In this document: piece by piece, positions 40,001 through 45,342 of the stretch
How the letters are laid out: every line of letters begins with the position of its first letter
Numbering within the stretch: position 1 is the stretch's first letter
Source: Candidatus Omnitrophota bacterium
GTDB lineage: Bacteria > Omnitrophota > Gorgyraeia > Tantalellales > Tantalellaceae
NCBI GenBank assembly: GCA_015231405.1
Contig: JADGBR010000003.1
Span: 29,549 to 93,548 of the forward strand
Direction of reading: 5' to 3'
Length of the DNA: 64,000 bases
Translations under genes and position numbers: made by a program
The notes under the pieces: model-generated
What the model was told of the DNA's origin: nothing
What the model saw: the letters and a program-made list of their open reading frames with translations, nothing else
Database searches by the model: none

Positions 40001-42865
40001 TATATAAAAGTCTATAGCAGTTCGACATATGGCAAGACCGGCATAGAATTCGGCAAAGAGAAAAACGACAGGATAGATCCCCAGGGGTTCACTTTCGATA
40101 ACCCCGTAGACATCACCGTGATCAACCATGACAGGATACTGGTAGCGGATAAGACGGTAGGGGTTATCTATTGTATCAACAGAAATGGCGATTTGGTCAA
40201 AAGCTTTTGGGATGAGGTATCTCCGGAAAAAGGCCGTATTGTGGTCGGGATAGGAGAAAATTATAACATTACGATCGACAGAAAAAATTCGAGGATCCTT
40301 GTTTTAAAGGATGACGGTGAACTGTTGTTCTTTCGCTTTGACGGAAGGCCCGCTAAGCGAAAGATCTATGATATGGGTATATTCGATAAATTGAACGTGG
40401 CTACTTGGCTGGATATTTTTAAAGGCCCGCCTACTTCCCTGATGAATACGCCGGGAGTACTTGATGCCTGGCGTAATATCCATCCGTTTGTCACCTTAGA
40501 TCTGAAAACCCCGGAATTCGCGGGCATAACATCCGATCCTCTAACTGGTAATATTTACGTCTCGGATAAAGCGAACGATTGCGTCTATGTGCTTGACCAT
40601 AACGGCCTTTTCATCCCTCCGGCCATTATTAAAGGTCCCGACCACGGCTTCACTAAACCCGGGGCGCTTGTTTTTGACAAGGATGGCAACCTGGTGGTTG
40701 GCGATATTGCCAATATGACGTTGGTCACGATCGCGACAGGGAAAATTGTCCCGACCGGAAAGCCTCGCGCCGTAGCGGTCGGTAAACCCATCAATATACT
40801 TACGGAGCCGACGAAACTAGGCGTGAATAAGGATAATGAGATCATTGCCGTCCAGCAGGGGAGACACAGGAACTGGTATGTCGATAGGAACGGTGTGCCT
40901 CAATGGTTTGATTACGATGATCGCATCCAAAGTTTCGGCATGGACGCCGAAAACGAAAGAGAATTCGTCATAAATAAAGACCCCGAAGGGATGTACGTGC
41001 ATGTTTTTCTCAGTACGAAAAGCGCCGCGGAGTCCGTGGACCTGGATTTTGGTGCGAGAGAGGACGGCCAGATCCATCCCGACGGGTTCTCTTTCGCCGA
41101 CCCCGTCGACGTCGCCGTGATCGACCATGACCATATACTTGTGGCTGACAAAGGGTCAAGTTGCGTGTGGTGTATGGATAGAAATGGCAGGTTATCAGAT
41201 AAAGATTTCGGTTCGAATGGGAAGGGCGGTTTTGTAGCGTCGGTCGATTGCGAAAAACTTGCCATCGACAGGAAAAACAGGCGTTTTGCAGTGCTTGACA
41301 GCAAGGGCAATGTGAGATTCTTCGGTTTTGACGGGATAGAAATTCCGGTGACAATATTCGGTATAAAAACCGCCTGTGCGGAAATACCAGCCTGGTTAGA
41401 TTATTTCCATAAGGATATTGTTCCGGTCGGCGACGCGAAGCGTCAAATTTACCCCGAACTTCACAAGGCCCTCGAAGGCGAGCTAAAAGAGATCAAGCTG
41501 GAAGATATCACGTTCGACCCGGCGACCGGAAACCTTTTCGCTTCAGACAGCGCCAACGACAACATCTACGTCATGAACGGGAACGGCCAGCTCATACTCC
41601 CCGGCGTCATCAAAGGCTCCGAATTTGGCTTCAGTAAACCTAAGGGCCTGACGATCGATCTTGACGGCAACCTAGTCATAAGCAGTACGGGAAATAAAAA
41701 GCTCGTAAAACTGAGGTTGGAAGAGATGGCGCGTCCGGGAAGCGGGGCGAACGAGTGGAGTGCCGACCGTGGGACTGACGTTGATGTAGATGTAATAGAA
41801 GAGTTAAAGCGGGAACTTGGTACTGTTCCTGATGCCGAAGGCCCGGGCGTATCGGCCGGTGAACCATTAAAGGCAGGCGACGTGGAATCCGAGGAAGTCG
41901 ACGAAAGGCAGGCGGTGCCGCCCATGCTCGGTAACGCTTTGAGGGCATTACTGGCGGTCAGGCTTTCCGAGTTCCTGGTCGGAGCGTGTTCGGTGGTCAG
42001 GCAATATGCCGGGCAAAATGGCTGGAACAGATGGGTGAAGGACGAGGCGGCGAAGGTCATTAATGAGCGCGGTGAAAAAGATGGTAGAGCCGCGGATATG
42101 CTCCGGGAAGCCATTGAAAAAGGCGAGATGGAACTTGAGGAAAATCTCACATTTGAAAAATTTGCCGCGGCAAATTTTTCAAAAAGTAGAGAAAAAATAA
42201 CGAATTTTTCAATGTATGGGGCTTCGGCGGGGTTTCCGGGTGACGGGAAAGCGAGGAACCTGATACTCTTTGCAGATGATATCCTCGATAACGCCGTGAT
42301 TTACGGGCTACGGGAGGCACTGGCGGATGTAATAGGCGGAAGGAAAGTGCTTGCCGGGGGTCGGGTATTTTTATACACGAAGGTCAAAAAGGAAGACGAA
42401 AAGAATTATTTGATTGTGGCGGGTCTCGAAAAACTTATAAAGGAAAGCGTCCCCGCGACCGAGGTTGTCCTCATAAACAAATGGGACCATAACAACCTGC
42501 AACAAGACGAGCTCACCGGGGTGAAAGAGATAAAGGAGCTCATCGAAAGCGTCAATAACGCTATGGGGAGAAAAGGGATAGGGGAGAAGGTCGTGGAGAA
42601 TAACATTCTCGCCGTGATCCGTTCATCCCGCGACTGGTCAGACGAAAGCCTGGAGTATGACTTGAAAGTCCCGCTCATACTTATGAACGGCGGCGCCCGA
42701 GGCATATTCCCGTTCAAAACAATGATAGAACTGGCTCTCCGCATCCAGAACCGGGAAGAAGGTTTTAAAGACTGGGTCCGGGAGATGTTGCCGGTCGTCC
42801 CGCTGGTAGGCGATATGTACCGGAAATATCTCGATTACCGGCAACGAGTGTTGACGCAGGCGTAA
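22010..42865 (+). CDS. Giant (6951 aa, 20.9 kb) secreted or anchored protein. It contains two HExxH motifs, a disordered Gly/Lys-rich linker, a VWA domain, two AAA_5 ATPase modules, a long NHL-type beta-propeller array and a C-terminal domain of unknown function.
   Basis: The single ORF runs from the ATG at 22010 to the TAA at 42863-42865. The N-terminal hydrophobic segment is VVYFLCITFLFDQSGIG. Motifs are given in the sub-features. Confidence 0.85.
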   Translation: MFKKIVVYFLCITFLFDQSGIGKYAYSQGSPRDTLAVTSMFNELSASVAGMSEKEGHSPFDVIRKHFEEESFIFPFIIFTLGRVFIKETSGDIVYDDEVLRGHLGRTLVDRFGGADSEFFIKYDVRGAYRDKGSIVIPSKNGDIRYRFFLIDDKEKFSGEDIIKEWEPVELEDQKTNRKIVMAVRQENVPYSVHESEAKCEENCASGTWTLDQEPTLNAMISRLITSGTGNVSDEEKYVKDIAGIKPAIRDALRLYGASTPDDIREEDEKLLGSIDHSMKVDDLLAKVEALLNNPKFKILFLIPDDGEDKFSFLFREKGVKPYKLTAYAHFGHHNTKGADREENIYISAPYYDNLTRSDRIALIVHEMVHLILGRGDKIHTLADGIAQSVTYAHEKANIDAAAFMGEITNYLVSKEKMYVAAVTNNEELAIEARGEWKAAISKLGDSGMSGESMELFLRNDISMRVKGALIELGASPEAVPGESFREKFIEVFGKREGYILANHLNYEMSAHPAARQNDIFYIIEIVGHMSERLATEMKVMTTQEEAAFVKETRENVIDEVVNALFDEPGLKSTWKDELGKSIIPMTLDGLFPEEMFRKGYLAENREYISKKLMGLPIITSAYGEADPGIKKVFYRGGASRVELEATLWHEIIHHLGEIGVLKIDPRWEYTPWSVDLCMRVIRNSKLPGSSIEKSEERIAMYSEEYLPFVNILYAHGKTLGADEGKKKYLLRQLETEEKAAYFSIDLLVDEAILVCQGTEFSTAELKYYRNNSNRQFTEPDDIVRFNRARYVSQQAAAYIMAGMFMTDYIDPAKQKHPLRSLRDYFEELDDVIGKPAPVDRDWVDNFEEELENFGTSVFKKTTVMRSSDTTDRLGLWWADVDQFKVVMNYWPVTICPWDKSNPDRTKARSDAKKRGLGNFMLARYRGEAMKEAEKTVEAHHEFFCRPELDILWQTLLIPRSIFSAIPDTLRKEVSEDKKEKYKDVPELIQAVFDGKYDMGRRDVEKGIYDSYYRHLKYLDSILYMWTKYRPLEDKDSLPMDPRVDAGSDVEEALRNTSGAWEKIMFRVNEHNEYEDIFNIIETEILPEYMKLFEADVKEEKAKEALRQMPDKGSVKDPGDLTPEEIDELNKKFDELPDEIKEAIMQDIMDQMNSSPMNSNGSGNGEGGKSGQAQQGKPGKGSKGGQARPGKLSGQHGTPTPEQLQNEIDGIERTVDALDKMVDDIANGAQGIGEGSGDINDGVQGPHPGGKPEGEGDKGGKGQKGNGGVDVEGLQGKAGDLQKAAQGLGNHGNNLSQSAGDLLNSTFDATGALPHPGMGKGARKNAAEFDKKAKEVNDKIKALQDKINELKQLLDRMKEIKDQGSNPQQMGQAAGKVGGKAREVKNASSGIKQGVEGSKESLQGLKEKLGQIVKDVRGLAGKGKGEVGAGGSKVEGKGGAEGDTGDNRGEPAPGKGQPAINDANDQPSRGSDGNALPDGKDNTGKSASTPSMFKDQGTAESNRNKIPHIPFKSGAPATALQNIVDNSAKTGEEGSGALEVSVDDEFETEVDPSWQDMRNEMLWKQNEDETGLNRKEYARYYKYLEMLGGQDTIDEMKESFRYLLGLEENPKKFWRKYSGMLTKAVKVVMGRKGYRITRKTKPKPLKVSLLVDVSGSMHDRKRITQAALTIMMMLEVILDLNEDLESAGLPPIEFEVGLFSEEPKVWISHEKSLSVEGETRKQRLIYDTITKGLLMGGGWTDDTKAIGTMIDRASNAEMTTWDAGDEARRILFFLSDGNPNTWEGGDIQYLVNTYAQDVVENPVEVFGVSMGDEEARKYTAHKFGDRAVIPEREDMSDIPEKVLTRFQECVTVAATEYSWADLLTLAATIGWFLIPTFLKPAYDILTSLAGTLLVRGQNGADTNAEKPYRETGYKNFRYQEKDGKDWLVYFIKDEKGNVIEEYRWQRGAGGAMCPKMTTFDDRYNEKLISDIISMSCQRDVQYTSYSKNGDYYLRYQEVSSNTVELMHKVKDSKGRERWVVKEPFNTSLKLPDGEPQPDESVIYEKDGLRWKRDKKGNLFIETRDEKWSLCNVEDASLSANVLVQADKDTGGYIIFDAAKARVVMATAGDAGDISVGQDMKIDIFKREKEFGNNIIRLIGDTGLGKDELMRAAASLMHEEIYFIAGNSGMEVDDLTRHETIGGGERGTSEELYTIFNRVLHNGGWVVIDEVNKVPKPVLSALKASITNKTHRQTIDGVEKSVPNHPRARIFGTSNAFTRDFSHEEPPDNAAQSRFRDIPFVWRDPDSEKELQKYLAVKKLDKMGLSAEERERRVRIIKDAANVLVDIAWPMRLGYAGYTDEQSAPTKSKKGEDLRKVWVELMQEEPKATIGKNTVKAPSPRTILNIINHAAMFPETWKNSPLSVCKLWFNLEADVLKPKVRESKQNGIMTEFMTAPGRGTRGGIKDNDFQPKLILDADESFALDKNNKNILIVTPKKSLDASGQLAQTWDPIRIWIHDEASRNMEISGVPEDIRYWLRAKNENNAKLLYQALQARALGKSLIFVGDQSAGKSVLAFAIAELLDGKDIPSVEVNLNTEKEDLTFKQRIRNFVSKFCDSPVAQALREKKTMVLEESNQGEPNVMAVLNEVAERMFLTHVDGERVGDEGDGRAGAINCINTPGEKGFNVRRFSREYIERHAVLRFDMLAPGDMADYLSYSAEREHGNERLNSKIIGCKREGVKHADGTDKWDGFAGVYQELKYRKNKAATAAERRKLPPRVPSIREFKSLIQDMVEYWNKWRLDGEGAPDHKVIFRRFVNNYFVMIGRANERYKWVETIKEAFKAAGLYPVDPNNENDADYLSEKFLDKEGVLVQKLGVLREEIDTTDDELNNALKWIQDEVMPASTFRRLEFIQKRMEEMKSGWGGLKEEEIKGRLHNMRVVWQILYLVKKERSGKGLDSHRIENLEKMEQIMTQIIQGHLLSLGMDPESFLMPAGYNDLTKPYETLADMKKREFIPTGEDVIDRALNLVTVSPKDETLINNVTGSVLADFFEGRFIIPPVIPGNKPVIPHEYAEGLRLLYITYLNMKKAQEWNGESVKIKEYLAEIEKALSMYPLNREEVEFYRDIVNIGAPDAAGKWEGIRQEIAEIKGRMSIKGSKPDRAIEEEDSTVIKGLVSAFIGNKDDRDIALIYRHLISAYVTHEGRIQDLAELDKRLARILFEAWKDALEGPTVKVKRPAADNQRLKARRALIAAAKRLVDIVRSGHPDEEPLLNKLLRRLTSKTALKAMTLEPVHTETRAPVHSDIQPTASLYEVVPWDYMDPAEDGEPSDKVNELRAMAYGPDGVLYVLDESEFRAFDETISLPFQNGLGKKKLPEKACDIAVRSDDIIFTLNDDDDTSPQGFTIRAYYKKGDEATGAVSDDGKVKLISSTNKVLKGRHIVIFQNRTICVLLRDENAIVITDKAHSQVIDPLHRTMLAGIKSADIAAMADGGDGCLLLLDKKNKQLIKVRPVTGADVNFEWSIPLEEKYGISNPTAMTRTPDGKIIIAALGADGKTVFYRLNSDGSLDKENTNNGQIMLKASVGPVKAIAADKTGKISAGPERPKVKTIWTIKETTEQVPLTPQQPVHPFTGAPVHPEYVSTKFKLNDLAANDIKDMAIDSKGNKYILADGKLFSYDRFGRKRNDFKAHGSVVDATIGLAIGLNDDLILILNAHNQSLQVISPDGTPKKNNTENNGCIKVSDAAATIVMRPGKAAVGPDGALYFTHAGNDRQLVFITPMEMSTGWIKGPACLDLPADIAATDIEKISICDDNSIIIFDKNGKALRKLRRESEQASQLVPVDGFGKDNNGKVDLKSLGIHWAQDCCLGPDGEIFLMDRDTGDSGFGAIYVLRPDGALSGKEKSSSKLRYEGEPITVGKMAVNVKGDIAVGVSHPVAGIVLSLKRKINPVKISVPAPQGLTFDNKGNVYVITGREIHSFRPDGTPNGKFGKNGIYYHWSADEEFTGITFCRESRRLLVSLSKQDVVHEISLTGEHKGTITNSFGNKLNKPGYLTTDGKGKLFVANLGDNSISVINIINKTPDATDGYVLEDSVLKLKGGIQLHQKGSMTIGNDGNIVVADYETGKIVIINKDGTKNDELDCGGEHKAIVAGVDKDRVVVSSGIGVVSADKKGGTVIRHPGIKNLDNIDGFAWDGSDRIAFISSENGLLILSEYFRRNSDMHKDEYDIAKIPGTGEAVHYVEQVKVTDSESAFSGVAYDSKGNVYILEENRIRSYTPEGRINMDFHPSGEIVLSGKARGISIGPGDMIYTIDGTNDVEGWSLRSFSASHALRKEHKIKIFRTKKKPVVQSFHVTQAEDGTMYVVLADANEIAIIGHEELKRSSIKLNTGNLTMIGIDRNDIGGIAPAGTGCLFVLDKKEARLYKKRLKPGEVSENDPDFAPKDLKAMYGIASPVALTTSPEGKIYIAARMADGTTALYRLNNDGTLDKEGTRNGKIVLDKEIGEVKDLAVDRKGNISAVPLDKGEKNYWKITKTPKQRPDITHDTLHITQPPVTAPPVPETAVTRILNFLSGHLTTGPENKIEAAEVADYNAVKDTALSQKFNWPVMGDAAFDSKGNIYLITSCRIFSFTPAGDGWVPNTGFFGTGSYETSSDFSFKRIRIIKHGEEEHIVITNSVIMGDQKNDGEIITLRTDGTEFRRGKTDELQLDRPTLISNATGSPLIQVYNENTNSVTCHNMENMAPDISMGSDPNKGRISLNDIVTKTSDPKTSDEVTAMATDSAGRLYIAVHHKSSGEYIIHAMNKDGSPYTGFTGFGGVPGQARTEYRIIKMEFMGDGTLFLGFSVGKEEKHVHALWSLNGSGDNNLKYSYRGGNGCVGVSGEKLTELSRMAFAPDGRIFAFSKAEDYAAVITPVRSSETRAAVIPGYTAVEKVCQPTTVSGPTVILPVDVEWNKVKDMAVSGDGKIYILEEEGIHSFNRDWTRNKSFNGNGWKRAELSDKFVSFAVLEGKNRIYVIDENGSRVCSYDLRGIRQGGVVSLVRYKDGMGDPRLFHFQGPSFIKAGNNGILYLYNKTIKTLIAYDPETEELYTEFGLKGQVRFNFGAGTGDIDMTAMGFDSKGNVFVGVSVAGRHYIEALNNRGQGIGIFTPTLGVAGSDKYCEVPAPVTGISFTYKGDEIVNMTVSMQNGEDSLAGFTRDEKTAGKLALDPKYDRKGLKGHIPFGGAMLDGISAMHGRPDGTLIAMSKGSKTMAELTPDDAVFAGITDESPEEEPGEKEKLLADIKRRIEEGKDRTALELSLLKSLAENTANGSSPEDVLQALLGSLPEEEGKERQTHTYTDGSENEPEVIDEGSLGAFVSELFGWDKGGDADIAMSPDGTIVELRFHNGMGSLGIHGPDGAVEWVDEANGKFKEPRAVGVSPNGGWYFVLNKDGSVSVLDNKGVPQDVEARPENGIIIQEAVDMAVVNNGSLVIIDSTGRQIFNIFSTAPGKMEYSGGDIAAGLDLLSVDINKKTDDIYILTENNKVLTLDKFRNDKTVHGDSPLVDVLEILRLAGVPGEIISTIDLKKIAVDPDGKIMLYSICDAESEDDAEPYGQFIFLTPDFQLDRTVNGTGIVDERDLGVRAAGAISATGKMSFLVGDNSSKAMKRVVIKGRPITNYSANPIPEFNGIKAVDVLINNDGGVSLLPDDQGKSLGEVGGNLFVLNDKKIKVTGIHDNEPDLMFGNGTGTIEPRGFDLDNPAAIAVLGRDHILIADNLMSGIGPRPVYCVDRNGNKDDSFGTVNPDTGEKGQIYLSDNIVKAAVNHLKRKFYVLTVINTVECYDHNGKKDNGYGIDGVLDIKKQLGMGSGAENLELAGVTIDQNTGYIYVTDKGNARIYMFDENGAAFYHNGKPYCIDVSDGASERKPEGIGVKGDGSIIFGDTKNAEVIKLVPAGLTSGVTGTPVSGRSTAPVPIRLRATSLAVTKNNDIVALESGNSTINFVDIGGKVKMAAVPILSHLSAAMDGEGENFFVLEKDKTDATYIKVYSSSTYGKTGIEFGKEKNDRIDPQGFTFDNPVDITVINHDRILVADKTVGVIYCINRNGDLVKSFWDEVSPEKGRIVVGIGENYNITIDRKNSRILVLKDDGELLFFRFDGRPAKRKIYDMGIFDKLNVATWLDIFKGPPTSLMNTPGVLDAWRNIHPFVTLDLKTPEFAGITSDPLTGNIYVSDKANDCVYVLDHNGLFIPPAIIKGPDHGFTKPGALVFDKDGNLVVGDIANMTLVTIATGKIVPTGKPRAVAVGKPINILTEPTKLGVNKDNEIIAVQQGRHRNWYVDRNGVPQWFDYDDRIQSFGMDAENEREFVINKDPEGMYVHVFLSTKSAAESVDLDFGAREDGQIHPDGFSFADPVDVAVIDHDHILVADKGSSCVWCMDRNGRLSDKDFGSNGKGGFVASVDCEKLAIDRKNRRFAVLDSKGNVRFFGFDGIEIPVTIFGIKTACAEIPAWLDYFHKDIVPVGDAKRQIYPELHKALEGELKEIKLEDITFDPATGNLFASDSANDNIYVMNGNGQLILPGVIKGSEFGFSKPKGLTIDLDGNLVISSTGNKKLVKLRLEEMARPGSGANEWSADRGTDVDVDVIEELKRELGTVPDAEGPGVSAGEPLKAGDVESEEVDERQAVPPMLGNALRALLAVRLSEFLVGACSVVRQYAGQNGWNRWVKDEAAKVINERGEKDGRAADMLREAIEKGEMELEENLTFEKFAAANFSKSREKITNFSMYGASAGFPGDGKARNLILFADDILDNAVIYGLREALADVIGGRKVLAGGRVFLYTKVKKEDEKNYLIVAGLEKLIKESVPATEVVLINKWDHNNLQQDELTGVKEIKELIESVNNAMGRKGIGEKVVENNILAVIRSSRDWSDESLEYDLKVPLILMNGGARGIFPFKTMIELALRIQNREEGFKDWVREMLPVVPLVGDMYRKYLDYRQRVLTQA
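23105..23119 (+). other. HExxH zinc-metallopeptidase-like motif 1 (LIVHEMVHLILG).
   Basis: The HEMVH pentapeptide is embedded in a hydrophobic helix context. Confidence 0.35.
23957..23974 (+). other. HExxH(H) zinc-metallopeptidase-like motif 2 (LWHEIIHHLGE).
   Basis: Read directly from the translation. Confidence 0.35.
25480..26560 (+). other. Disordered Gly/Lys/Gln/Glu-rich low-complexity linker of about 360 aa, with an embedded short coiled-coil (KIKALQDKINELKQLLDRMKEIK).
   Basis: Composition of the translation, for example NGSGNGEGGKSGQAQQGKPGKGSKGGQARPGK and GKPEGEGDKGGKGQKGNGG. Confidence 0.7.
26940..27520 (+). other. Von Willebrand factor A (VWA) domain with an intact MIDAS motif.
   Basis: LKVSLLVDVSGSMHD has the MIDAS motif DxSGS. 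The downstream ILFFLSDGNPN is the typical VWA beta-strand followed by SDG. Confidence 0.65.
28390..28830 (+). other. AAA_5 (MoxR/midasin/dynein-type) ATPase module 1.
   Basis: Walker A IIRLIGDTGLGKDE and Walker B GGWVVIDEVNKVP, followed by RIFGTSN which resembles sensor-1. Confidence 0.6.
29600..29950 (+). other. AAA_5-type ATPase module 2.
   Basis: Walker A SLIFVGDQSAGKSVLAFAIAELL and Walker B-like TMVLEESNQGEPNVM. Confidence 0.5.
31950..41720 (+). repeat. Array of several dozen NHL/six-bladed beta-propeller-type repeats with large internal duplications.
   Basis: The blade motifs GNVYVITGREIHSFRPDGTP, GKLFVANLGDNSISVIN, GNIVVADYETGKIVIINKDGT, GNIYVSDKANDCVYVLDHNG and GNLFASDSANDNIYVMNGNG recur. 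Duplicated modules lie at about 32380-32900 vs 35130-35640, and at about 40000-40750 vs 41050-41720. Confidence 0.65.
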
Positions 42866-43010
42866 TTTTAGTGCGCCCTTGTTCGCTAAAGCTTCTGAGG
42901 GCTGGAGTTATTTTGTAGGGGACGGGCGAGACGCGGGATGGTCGCATTATTGAATTCCACCCAATTAATTTACCAATTAGTTTTTGCCTAAGCGGTATCA
43001 TTAGGTAAAC

Positions 43011-45272
43011 TTGATTCATCAATCATCCAAAACGATAAAAGCTTGGAATATGTCCCATACCCATAAACATCTCGAAGAGCTCCTGAAAGCACATGAAAGT
43101 GCTTTCAGGCTGCGAATGAACCGGATGGCGATAGCTCTCGTCTTATCCGCGATCACACTCGTCTCTTTTGGCGGTTATTACTACATCGTTAAAAAAGCTA
43201 TACCGGACTCGATCAACCTTATGATGGGCGGGAGGGTCAATGGCGTAAGCTGCGTCCTGGACGGGTACGACAGTCTCAGGTTCACGGGCTTTTCAGGGAT
43301 GGAGATCAGAGGCGCGAATTTATCTGTCGTCGTGTACGGCGAACGATTTTCCTCTTTTCGGGGCAGGTATACGGTATACGCCCGCACTGTAAATATCGCC
43401 CGCGGCGATAGATCAGAAAAAGAGATCGCCATGACGGCTGCCGGGATAGATGTTATTCCACTGGGAGACCTAAAGGGCTTGGGGCTGAGTCAGGGTTCCT
43501 TTATCCGGCCGGGGAATAAACTTCTAAGGAACTGCGAACTGAAGATCCTGTGCCGCGGGGCTGAACCGGTAAAGGGGAATATCATCGACAAACTGAAAGT
43601 GTTCAAGAGAGGCAAAAAAGAGCTGGTCTCGGCCAGTTTTCGTGGAAGTTCAGAGCTGTCGGTGGAAGGGCGCGATATAGCTCTTGATTTCTCGGTTAGT
43701 AAGGATGAAAAAGGTCTTGCATTGGATATTGATGACGGACAGCTCTCAAAGGTATTTGATTTTATTTTAAGAAAGGAACTGGAGCGGGTGTTCCCCTCCG
43801 TCGATATAAGGAACGTTGTTTCGGGATCTATCAAAATTGACGGGGGGAAGTTATCGGCTGAGCTTAAAGGATTAAAGATCGATCTCTTGTCAAAAGGTCC
43901 GGCTATGGGGCCGGCCGGTACGAAATATGATCTTTCGGCGGACAATATATCGATCCGGCTCGCTGACAGGGAGCAAAAGATATTTATTTTAAGCGCGGTA
44001 GGGCTTGGCCTTAAGTCTGAGAATATGCCCGACAGCTCGAAATGGCTGGATCTTTCCGGAGAGATCGTGAAGAACGGCAAACTGGAGTACAAGTTCATGA
44101 TGGATTACAGGGATCCCCTGAAAATAGCACTGGCGCTCAAAAGAACTCACGAAGGATTCATGGGCCTTGTCGAAGGCCGCGGCGTGGATCTTGACTTAAC
44201 GGCATCAGGCGACCTGGGGGTCTTTCTTAATAAGGAAACCGTCGTCGCGGGCGTAGCCTTAACGGTGAGGGACGGGTTTCCCGTCCTGGAAGTGGAGAAA
44301 GCCTCTATGGCGAAGATCTCGGAATTATTGATCATTTCGGCCATAAACCGCGGGATGCCTGGATTTAAACTTAAGAAAATAGATATAGGGGATTGTGATC
44401 TCTCGCCTTACGGGAACATCAAATGGCGGGGTGTGAAGATCGACTTGGGAACGGTCGGGGTATCGGGTTCAGTGATCTTAAGAAATTGCGCGGTCTATAT
44501 AGAGAGTATAGAACTGGGTTCTTCCGGCCGGGGCGGCATTGAACATAATCTCATCATACACAACCTGAACGTGGACGCGGGTTTTTACGGGACTATGGAT
44601 CTTGACAACCCCGGTGAGAAGAGATTCGCGCTCGTAGGCGGGGAATTTTCGTTGCCGTTCCGTTTGGATAATTACACAGGAGGTGTCGACGGCCAGTTCG
44701 AGGATCTCTTAAGCGGTATTCGTGATCTCTTTGAAAAGGGAGTGACGGGACTCTCGGTCAACTTTTCAGCTCAGGTAGAATTCCCGGTTAAAGGCAGGTA
44801 TTTTTCACCTAAGATCACGATAGGAAAAAGGGCAGGGTCTAACGTTCTTATGATGGACCGGCAGGATATCACCGATATATACAGGTACGCCGGGATAAAA
44901 AAAGACCTGACCTCCTCCGAGCTGGATCTCTTATCCATGAACCCGCTAAAGATACCGCAAATGGTGTGGATATGGGACAAAGCGATGTCGGAGGCGGACA
45001 GGGTGGTGCGGGATGACCCCGGGATTTCGCATGACGCTTATAGACATGTATACTGGAGCTATCTGCTTACCGGGGCCTTCGGTCCGGTATTTGCTAAAGC
45101 CCTCACGGACGCCCATGAAGAAGGCGATAACACGAACACCCAGTCGGAGCACATGATGGACTACAATAATAACAGGGTAGGGGTGATGTACGCCGAAGCC
45201 CGTTACCCGGAATCCGAGGTGCTCTGGCGTTTCAAAAAAGATAGGAACGTGATCCATATTGTCCAGCAATGA
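43011..45272 (+). CDS. Hypothetical membrane-anchored protein (753 aa from a TTG start; alternative ATG at 43050), with a large extracytoplasmic region.
   Basis: The ORF runs to the TGA at 45270-45272. The N-terminal TM helix is MAIALVLSAITLVSFGGYYYIV. I recognised no family. Confidence 0.6.
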   Translation: MIHQSSKTIKAWNMSHTHKHLEELLKAHESAFRLRMNRMAIALVLSAITLVSFGGYYYIVKKAIPDSINLMMGGRVNGVSCVLDGYDSLRFTGFSGMEIRGANLSVVVYGERFSSFRGRYTVYARTVNIARGDRSEKEIAMTAAGIDVIPLGDLKGLGLSQGSFIRPGNKLLRNCELKILCRGAEPVKGNIIDKLKVFKRGKKELVSASFRGSSELSVEGRDIALDFSVSKDEKGLALDIDDGQLSKVFDFILRKELERVFPSVDIRNVVSGSIKIDGGKLSAELKGLKIDLLSKGPAMGPAGTKYDLSADNISIRLADREQKIFILSAVGLGLKSENMPDSSKWLDLSGEIVKNGKLEYKFMMDYRDPLKIALALKRTHEGFMGLVEGRGVDLDLTASGDLGVFLNKETVVAGVALTVRDGFPVLEVEKASMAKISELLIISAINRGMPGFKLKKIDIGDCDLSPYGNIKWRGVKIDLGTVGVSGSVILRNCAVYIESIELGSSGRGGIEHNLIIHNLNVDAGFYGTMDLDNPGEKRFALVGGEFSLPFRLDNYTGGVDGQFEDLLSGIRDLFEKGVTGLSVNFSAQVEFPVKGRYFSPKITIGKRAGSNVLMMDRQDITDIYRYAGIKKDLTSSELDLLSMNPLKIPQMVWIWDKAMSEADRVVRDDPGISHDAYRHVYWSYLLTGAFGPVFAKALTDAHEEGDNTNTQSEHMMDYNNNRVGVMYAEARYPESEVLWRFKKDRNVIHIVQQ

Positions 45273-45342
45273 CCGCGGCAGCGAGACCGTGTCATAGTGG
45301 GACGACAGTCTGAACGGGGGACTATTACTTTTAGGAGGTTAT

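Noticed and set aside
42866-43010. 145-nt gap between the 6951-aa gene and the membrane-anchored protein gene, inspected for a terminator or tRNA.
   Set aside because: It has only weak, imperfect self-complementarity (gcgagacgcgggatggtcgc) with no U-tract, and no tRNA-like structure. Nothing can be supported.
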